DNA of 64,000 nucleotides from an uncultured Actinomycetota bacterium (GTDB lineage: Bacteria; Actinomycetota; Humimicrobiia; Humimicrobiales; Humimicrobiaceae), in contig CAZBSE010000003.1 in NCBI GenBank assembly GCA_964494385.1, forward strand, positions 7,849 through 71,848, read 5' to 3'. The notes under the pieces were generated by a model, which had not been told where the DNA came from, searched no databases, and saw nothing but the letters and a program-made list of their open reading frames with translations. Position 1 is the stretch's first letter. Each line of letters begins with the position of its first letter. Shown piece after piece: positions 57,638 through 64,000 of the stretch. Both the position numbers and the translations under genes were made by a program.

Positions 57638-58060
57638 ATGTTAAGGATGATTAAGAATTTTTTTATCAATATATGGAATGTTATAAGGAAACCCAGGACT
57701 GTTGCTTATACGGGGGAAAAGATGATAATTCCCGAAGGCAGCAGGGGTGTTCTCCATTTAAAGCTGGATCTGGATTCCCTGGAGGTCATTTGTAACGGCT
57801 GCGGGGTATGCAGCATGATTTGTCCGCAGGATAGTATAGAAGTAAAGAAGAGAGTTGATGATAATGGGAGAGAAGTTCTGGATGAATTTTATCTGGATTT
57901 GAGAAAATGCATTTTTTGTGGCAATTGTGTCGAATTCTGTGAAAGGAATGCTATTAATTTATCCTACAAATATCAGCTTGCCGAGTTTAGTGAGAAAAAT
58001 TTAAAATTAGAAAAAATCGAATTAATAAAACCATCAAGCAAGATAAGAGATTTCTGGTAA
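57638..58060 (+). CDS. NuoI-like 2x[4Fe-4S] ferredoxin subunit
   Basis: Two CxxCxxCxxxCP/E motifs are present (CNGCGVCSMICP and CIFCGNCVEFCE). Confidence 0.85.
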   Translation: MLRMIKNFFINIWNVIRKPRTVAYTGEKMIIPEGSRGVLHLKLDLDSLEVICNGCGVCSMICPQDSIEVKKRVDDNGREVLDEFYLDLRKCIFCGNCVEFCERNAINLSYKYQLAEFSEKNLKLEKIELIKPSSKIRDFW

Positions 58061-58067
58061 GGATATT

Positions 58068-58613
58068 ATGTCATTTGAAAGTCACCTGATAATTATAATA
58101 ATACACTACATAAGTCTTTCCGGACTGGTGATATCCGGACTTCTGGCATTGTTTCTTGCCGGCGGGAGAAAAAAATTATTTTTTATGTTCCTTTCTTTTT
58201 TATTTGCAGGAATTTTAAACTTTGTCTATTATTCCGGTGTCTTATTTTTTATAGCCGGAATCATTATTATCTTCTTTTTTTTAGCATTATACTTATTTGT
58301 TTCCCAGGTAGAATTGTTTAACACGGGTCAGGAATTAAAAAAAGAGGAAAGGAAATTATCCCGCAGTGCCGCAGGCAGTGTTATGAGCGTTCTTCTGCCG
58401 TTTTTATTGTGCTCCGCTGCTGGTTATTTAGTTTATGATTATACGTCCGATTTTTTAGACAAAGTCTCAGGCATGGAAAATATTTCTATTTTAAGTCTGG
58501 GAGATATTGCTAAGAGACTACTGTCTGATTACAGCTTGGCCGTGATCCTTACAATCTCATTATTGTTCCTATCCTTTTTGTGGTTTTTAATTATGGGACA
58601 GGAGGAGAAATGA
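58068..58613 (+). CDS. NuoJ (ND6)-like membrane subunit
   Basis: It is 181 aa long, and its C-terminal helix LSDYSLAVILTISLLFLSFLWF resembles the NuoJ terminal TM helix. Confidence 0.55.
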   Translation: MSFESHLIIIIIHYISLSGLVISGLLALFLAGGRKKLFFMFLSFLFAGILNFVYYSGVLFFIAGIIIIFFFLALYLFVSQVELFNTGQELKKEERKLSRSAAGSVMSVLLPFLLCSAAGYLVYDYTSDFLDKVSGMENISILSLGDIAKRLLSDYSLAVILTISLLFLSFLWFLIMGQEEK

Positions 58614-58951
58614 GCTTTCAATTTATAATATATTTTAACCTTGCCCTTTTTCTGCTGGGAGTGTTTGGAATCTTATACAGCAAGGATATTGTATCACTGT
58701 TTATTTCCTATCAGTTTATAATTATCTCTGCTGCTGTTAATTTCCTGAGCTTTTCAAAGTTGTTATATAAGTATTCAATGTGGGGTGTAATTTTTATTAT
58801 TTTCGGAGTTGTATCTATTTACTTTTTAATGTTTTGTATTATCTATTACATTTACATGAAGCTGGATCCACTGCAGAAAAGAGTTTTTTACAGGAATTTC
58901 AGATTATTTAAAATAACCAGAAGTGACTGGTGGGGAGAAGATAATTTATAA
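58610..58951 (+). CDS. NuoK (ND4L)-like membrane subunit
   Basis: MSFQFIIYFNLALFLLGVFGIL...AAVNF fits the NuoK pattern. A GGAGGAG RBS precedes the start, and the ATGA overlaps the NuoJ stop. Confidence 0.6.
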   Translation: MSFQFIIYFNLALFLLGVFGILYSKDIVSLFISYQFIIISAAVNFLSFSKLLYKYSMWGVIFIIFGVVSIYFLMFCIIYYIYMKLDPLQKRVFYRNFRLFKITRSDWWGEDNL

Positions 58952-58954
58952 GAT

Positions 58955-60442
58955 ATGAACTTTTTAATTTACATCAGTGAAAAAATAAATCCTCTGCAGA
59001 GTATAATCGTTCTGTCTGCTTCAGTTTTGATTTCTTCTTTTTTCGCGGTCTCCGGGAGAAAAGCCTTTAAGAAATTTATAATTGTAATTACTTTTATATC
59101 CTTGATTTCCGCTTTTTACCTTAATATTTATAGTTTTATATCAGCCGGTAATTTTTCCAGCTCCCTTCTGACCTTCGGGACGCTGCAGGTAATCGAGGTA
59201 AGCATGATTTTATTCAGCACGCTTAACCTGCTTCTCTTTATTGCCATATACGAAATAGACTGTAACCATTTTATTAAAATATTAATGCTGCTTTTATTTT
59301 CAGCCATCTGTGCTATTTTTGTGGTCGTAGCCGGAAACTTTATCTTATTTTTTACCAGCCTGACACTATTCGTTTTGACCATATTCCAGCTTGCAGCCAG
59401 CCTAAACCTGAACATAAGCAAGTCAAGACCTCATATACTCGGATATTTCCTAAGACCGGTCCTGACAGTGATTCTTTTCTTTTTCGGGTTTTCATTATTT
59501 TATGGTGCTGCTGAATTTAAGAGCATGGACCAGATTTTGAATTCGGAAAGTATTTCTAATCCGCTGATAGCGCTGGGCTTGATTATTTTTGGAATTGCGA
59601 TGTATCTCTATTTTTTCTTATTTCCTTTTCAGAATCCCTATCTGGGGATGGTGAAAAGAAGTAGATTTTCTTCAAATGCTGTTATATGGTTTCTTTATTT
59701 TCCGGTAGGATTTTTCATATTTCTAAAATTTGGTGATTTATACAATTATTATATAGGAAAAAGCAGCATTTATATGTCCATAACTTTTATGGTAATTGCC
59801 TTCGTATGTATGCTTGCAGGGAATATTGGAGCAATTACCACAGGCAGCATCAGAAGAATATTATCATTTTTATTCCTATTTTTTACAGGTATTTTCCTGC
59901 TTAATCTTTCCATGTTTTCTGCAGGAATTATAAGCAGTGTCTCAACTAAGTGGATCAATATGGCAAATATCCTCCTTATAATGCTTAGTTTTATACCAAT
60001 AAGCAGTGTTTTTAACGAAGTTGAAAAAAACACAGGAAGTGATTCCATTAATGGCTTAGCAGGATTTGGCAGAAGTAATATTTTTATTGTAATAAATCTT
60101 ATAATATTATTTTTATCATGGCTGATGCCGGCACTTTATATTTTACCGCTTATGAGGAGTAGAATGGTTTCATCAGGCGCAGTAGCCTTGAATATAATAT
60201 TAATGGCTATAATAGCGATTGTAATTATATTCCTGACCGTAAATATTTTTAGGGTAATTATCCAATTTTTTAAAAGATCTCCCGGCGGAACGGTGCAAAA
60301 AATCAGATTTCCCCGATTTTTCTATATTTATATTACTTTTTTTACTTTAATCATACTTGCGGTTTCAGTATTGTGCCTGCTGGAAATATCAGGTATAAGT
60401 ACCGGAACCGGTAGTTTTAAAATAACTGACTTTAATCTTTAA
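58955..60442 (+). CDS. NuoL/M/N-type antiporter-like membrane subunit (single copy)
   Basis: A 495-aa polytopic protein of about 14 TM helices. It is the last gene of the operon. Confidence 0.5.
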   Translation: MNFLIYISEKINPLQSIIVLSASVLISSFFAVSGRKAFKKFIIVITFISLISAFYLNIYSFISAGNFSSSLLTFGTLQVIEVSMILFSTLNLLLFIAIYEIDCNHFIKILMLLLFSAICAIFVVVAGNFILFFTSLTLFVLTIFQLAASLNLNISKSRPHILGYFLRPVLTVILFFFGFSLFYGAAEFKSMDQILNSESISNPLIALGLIIFGIAMYLYFFLFPFQNPYLGMVKRSRFSSNAVIWFLYFPVGFFIFLKFGDLYNYYIGKSSIYMSITFMVIAFVCMLAGNIGAITTGSIRRILSFLFLFFTGIFLLNLSMFSAGIISSVSTKWINMANILLIMLSFIPISSVFNEVEKNTGSDSINGLAGFGRSNIFIVINLIILFLSWLMPALYILPLMRSRMVSSGAVALNIILMAIIAIVIIFLTVNIFRVIIQFFKRSPGGTVQKIRFPRFFYIYITFFTLIILAVSVLCLLEISGISTGTGSFKITDFNL

Positions 60443-60471
60443 GTATAGCATAGATTAACCATTCGACTGTC

Positions 60472-61242
60472 TTGGAAAAGCAAAAAAAAAGATTTAATAT
60501 AAAGCATTTTATGATTATTATCTTGGTGCTGCTTATAGCAATAATAGTAATAATAAGTGTAAATAAATTTTCCTTTAAAAAAGAATATGAGCCGGGCACT
60601 GCACTTGCTTGTGAACTGCCCAGATATAGATTTATAGATATGGACAATATAGGAATCACGGGCGATGCTGATAATGATAAAATAAATGACCAGAAAGATA
60701 TTATGCAGGGTGCAAAAAAGCAGCTCGAAAATCCGGCCAGGAATATTCTTCTGGAAAAGGAAGAACCCAATTATTATCAGGGTGGAAATCCGCCTGAAAA
60801 TCTGGCGATTAGCACAGATATAGTGGCCAGGGCTTTCCTGGAAGCAGGTTTTGATTTAAGGGGACTGGTATACGAAGATATAAGCAGTAATTTTGAAAAG
60901 TATCCCCTAAAAGAGATCTGGAACCAGAAAGTTTGCGATCCCAATATTGATTACCGCAGGATACAGAATCTGGAAATTTTCTTCAAAAGAAATGCAAAAG
61001 ATCTGGATATATTATTTAATGCCCTGGATGAAGAGAAATTGAATTCGTGGCTCCCGGGGGATGTAATTTTTTTTGATATGGATAAAGATGGTTACAGTGA
61101 TACCGCGGGCATCATTTCAGATAGCACCACCAGAGATGGTGTCCCCAAGGTGATTTATAACTACATTGATTTCGAATATACTGTGGAGAAAGATATTTTA
61201 GGTGAAAAGATTATCACCGGTCATTACAGGTTTCCCCGATAA
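60472..61242 (+). CDS. DUF1287 domain protein with N-terminal TM anchor
   Basis: Sequence blocks typical of DUF1287 are present (ISTDIVARAF ... DPNIDYRRIQNL ... GDVIFF ... AGIISD). Confidence 0.5.
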   Translation: MEKQKKRFNIKHFMIIILVLLIAIIVIISVNKFSFKKEYEPGTALACELPRYRFIDMDNIGITGDADNDKINDQKDIMQGAKKQLENPARNILLEKEEPNYYQGGNPPENLAISTDIVARAFLEAGFDLRGLVYEDISSNFEKYPLKEIWNQKVCDPNIDYRRIQNLEIFFKRNAKDLDILFNALDEEKLNSWLPGDVIFFDMDKDGYSDTAGIISDSTTRDGVPKVIYNYIDFEYTVEKDILGEKIITGHYRFPR

Positions 61243-61422
61243 ATCTAAAAAAATCATAAATGGTATTATTTTATACGAAACTCTGGTTTTATCTTATACC
61301 CTGTATAATATTTTAATGATGCTTATGAATATACAAATTAATTGATTCTATAAAAATATATAGAATTATAATAAAATTATTTCTAAGAAGATGGTTAAAT
61401 ATTTTTTAAAAATACTTTATTT

Positions 61423-62466
61423 ATGCGTTTTACAGAGAAAGTTTATGGGGAAAGTATTTTGAGAAAATCAAAGGTACCCGGAGTAAATTTATTTAAAAAA
61501 ACAGCAGTTTCAGCAATTGTTTTTTTGATATCGATTTTAGTTCTGCTTATCTCACCGGGAAAGGCAGAAGCAATCACTTTAAAAGAATTAGGGAATGCGA
61601 TTGCCAGTCTCAGCAGCGATGAAGAGAACCTGCTGGAAGAAATACTGATATCTGAAGCAGAAGTTGAAAATAAGAAAAACGAGATTGAATCCTTGAACAA
61701 AGAGCTTGAGATATGCGAGAATCAGCTGAAGGAGCTGAATAAAGCCAAAAGAGAGTTATTGAAGGGCATCGAGGAGAAAAGGGAGGTCCTGGCTGAGAAA
61801 ATAATCTTCTCTTATAAGTATGAGAGCAATAATGTGGCAAAGATTATAATTGGCGCCAGGGATCTGAATGAGGTTGTAAATAACATTTACCTTTTTAGGA
61901 ATATAATGAGCAGGGAAGCTGAAATCATAGAACAGCTTCGTTTTGAAAAGGAAGAATATGATAGGGTTTCACGTAAATCCGAAGAGAAAAAGAAGGAAAT
62001 TGAGACCGCCAGGGATAGAATTACTGTTGAAAAGGATGAGCTGTCAAGGAGAATGGGGGAGAACAAAATCCTGCTTGAAAAGGTAAAAGGCGAGAAATCG
62101 GAGATCCAGAGCCTCTTGACCGAAATAAAGAAAAGGATAGCACAAATCCAGCCTCCCGGGCTCTCACTGATAGGAGAATGGGATATGATAGCCACGGCCT
62201 ATTATGCTTTTGGAAAGGGAGGCAATGATATAAATGGAAATGGAATAACGGCAATAGGGCTAAGGGCACGGGAAGGGATAGTTGCCGTGGATCCAAGGAT
62301 TATCCCCCTGGGGACAAAACTTTATATACCCGGCTACGGTGAAGCCCTGGCTGCGGATACGGGGGGATGGATAAAGGGCAACAGGATTGATCTGTGTTAT
62401 GAATCTCTGGAAGAATGCTTCAGATACGGCAGGAGAAAGATAAAGATATATCTGGTTGAAGATTAA
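61423..62466 (+). CDS. 3D-domain (MltA/YuiC-like) cell-wall protein with signal peptide and long coiled-coil
   Basis: The C-terminus IAVDPRIIPLGTKLYIPGYGEALAADTGGWIKGNRIDLCY is a 3D domain. The N-terminal half is an EK-rich coiled coil. Confidence 0.7.
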   Translation: MRFTEKVYGESILRKSKVPGVNLFKKTAVSAIVFLISILVLLISPGKAEAITLKELGNAIASLSSDEENLLEEILISEAEVENKKNEIESLNKELEICENQLKELNKAKRELLKGIEEKREVLAEKIIFSYKYESNNVAKIIIGARDLNEVVNNIYLFRNIMSREAEIIEQLRFEKEEYDRVSRKSEEKKKEIETARDRITVEKDELSRRMGENKILLEKVKGEKSEIQSLLTEIKKRIAQIQPPGLSLIGEWDMIATAYYAFGKGGNDINGNGITAIGLRAREGIVAVDPRIIPLGTKLYIPGYGEALAADTGGWIKGNRIDLCYESLEECFRYGRRKIKIYLVED

Positions 62467-62470
62467 GGGA

Positions 62471-63106
62471 TTAGACCATTTTTAAAAATTCGGATAAGGA
62501 TTTAAAATCCCTTATGTACCTTTCTTCAGTCACATTACCATCTATAACTACATCCCGCGGATCAAAAAACGGAACAAGCTTGAATGACGGGTTTTCAAAT
62601 ATTCTCATATGTATTTTTTCCATATTTTGGTATTTTTTCCCAAAGGAAAAGAATTTCTGCAATATGATATTAGATACGTTAAGCCCCAGTGAAACAATTA
62701 TATGGGGTGTAATTATAGAGATTTCCTTGGTAAGGAACCCTGTACAGTTATTTACATGCTTCTTAAGCGGCTGGATGATTTCTGCTGAAGATGTATCTCC
62801 CTTTTTAGAGGCTTTTCTCGGTGTACATTTAACCATATAGGTAATATATAGATCCTCGGTCAGGGAAAGCCCGGTCTGTTTGAATACTTTTCTCATAAAC
62901 TTTCCAAGATCGTTACCGGTAAAGGGAACGCCTTTTTTTTCAGCGCCATCGGCACATGGGTAATCACCTATAACTATTATGTTTGCTTTGGGCGATCCTG
63001 CACCAGGAACGGGTTGTTTTCGGGTTTTTACCAAATCCAAGCACTTTTTACAGCCTGAAACTTCATTACTTAATTTGTTTATACTTTCCCTGGCGCTTAT
63101 TGGCAT
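62471..63106 (-). CDS. uracil-DNA glycosylase, family 4 (Fe-S type)
   Basis: GCKKCLDL...IIVIGDYPCADGAEKKGVPFTGNDLGKFM...YITYMVKCTP matches the family 4 UDG motifs. Confidence 0.8.
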   Translation of the reverse strand: MPISARESINKLSNEVSGCKKCLDLVKTRKQPVPGAGSPKANIIVIGDYPCADGAEKKGVPFTGNDLGKFMRKVFKQTGLSLTEDLYITYMVKCTPRKASKKGDTSSAEIIQPLKKHVNNCTGFLTKEISIITPHIIVSLGLNVSNIILQKFFSFGKKYQNMEKIHMRIFENPSFKLVPFFDPRDVVIDGNVTEERYIRDFKSLSEFLKMV

Positions 63107-63289
63107 TTAGATTAAAAATTGCTCTCTGAAAATCATCTGACGTTATAAATTAATCTTGTTTAAAAGTATACAACATAAAAAAAACCGAGTAAATAAAAAT
63201 TCACTTATTCTTTATTTTTTTATATATTCTGTTATGATATCACGTGCTTAGTAGTCTGAAGCACAGCATGTAATCGGGAAGGAGATACA

Positions 63290-63919
63290 GTGGCAGAATA
63301 TCAGGAACTGGCAGATGCTATTATAAAGGGCGATAATATAGCAAGCAAAGATATTGCGCAGAAACTGGTCGATGAAAATATGTCACCTGTGGAAATTCTA
63401 GATAACGGGCTGGTGCCCGGGATGGATATGGTGGGTAAAAAGTTTAAAAATAATGAGATTTACCTGCCTGAAGTATTAATAGCGGCAAGAGCCATGAAAT
63501 CTGCAATGGAAGTCATAAAACCAATGCTCACAGAATCGGGCATAGAGACCAAAGGAAAGATAATTATAGGCACGGTACAGGGCGATGTCCATGACATCGG
63601 TAAAAATCTGGTGGGCATGATGCTTGAAGGAGGGGGATATACTGTAATTGACCTGGGAGCCGATGTCCCCCATGAAAAATTTTTAGGTGAGATAAAAAAG
63701 AACAGTGTAAAACTGATAGGCCTGTCGGCACTTCTTACCACTACAATGATAGGCATGAAGACGGTAATTGGCATGCTTAAAGAAGATAAGGAGACTTCCG
63801 ATGTAAGAGTTATGGTCGGCGGCGCGCCGCTGACACAGGAATTTGCTGATTCCATAGGCGCTAACGGTTATGCTCCTGATGCAACCGGTGCCGTGGAGCT
63901 TGCCGGCAAGCTGCTTTGA
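63290..63919 (+). CDS. methyltransferase cognate corrinoid (B12-binding) protein, MtaC/MtbC/MttC-like, GTG start
   Basis: An N-terminal B12-binding-2 cap helix domain is followed by a Rossmann B12 domain with the DxHxxG motif (GDVHDIGKN). Confidence 0.8.
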   Translation: MAEYQELADAIIKGDNIASKDIAQKLVDENMSPVEILDNGLVPGMDMVGKKFKNNEIYLPEVLIAARAMKSAMEVIKPMLTESGIETKGKIIIGTVQGDVHDIGKNLVGMMLEGGGYTVIDLGADVPHEKFLGEIKKNSVKLIGLSALLTTTMIGMKTVIGMLKEDKETSDVRVMVGGAPLTQEFADSIGANGYAPDATGAVELAGKLL

Positions 63920-64000
63920 GAAGTTGATGTTCTATACCTTAATCATGGATGATCATCATATTATTTTTATAATATTCCCGGGCCAAAAGTTAAAAACCGG

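Noticed and set aside
1-64000. tRNA, rRNA, CRISPR arrays, and transposases, integrases or other mobile-element genes.
   Set aside because: A scan of all intergenic regions longer than 100 bp found no cloverleaf-like GC-rich segments and no T-loop GTTCGAATCC-type motifs outside coding sequence. No direct-repeat arrays and no recombinase-like ORFs were found.

Overview
The window covers the chromosomal replication-origin region of a low-GC (AT-rich) anaerobic bacterium, with a gene order like Firmicutes or related candidate phyla. Genes on both sides are transcribed away from one intergenic region at about 12.4-12.9 kb. On the minus side lie dnaA, dnaN, a panBCD pantothenate operon, corA and an htrA-ECF sigma-anti-sigma unit. 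On the plus side lie rpmH, rnpA, yidD, yidC, jag, mnmE, two mnmG copies, rsmG, parA, parB and lipA. Two perfect 16-bp parS sites (TGTTTCACGTGAAACA) sit in front of the two mnmG copies. The first copy is a truncated, active-site-degenerate paralog that ends inside the second parS site. Downstream loci include an amt-glnK-glnA nitrogen cluster preceded by an atypical orphan OmpR-type regulator. A LacI-controlled locus carries two tandem uroporphyrinogen-decarboxylase (MtaA-like) family genes plus a PBP1-type ABC transporter, and an exact 14-mer operator candidate is shared by two of its promoters. Further on are galK-galT, c-di-GMP signalling proteins, nadE, nifS, LarE/LarC, and a phosphatase cluster bracketed by two DUF2085 paralogs. 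The most unusual locus is an 8-gene complex-I-like (Ehr-like) operon, NuoA-B-CD-H-I-J-K plus one antiporter subunit. Its Fe-S ligands are intact, but it has no NiFe-ligating C-terminal cysteines, no NADH module and only one antiporter-like subunit. A methyltransferase-type corrinoid protein ends the window. No rRNA, tRNA, CRISPR array or transposase or integrase gene was detected by eye.
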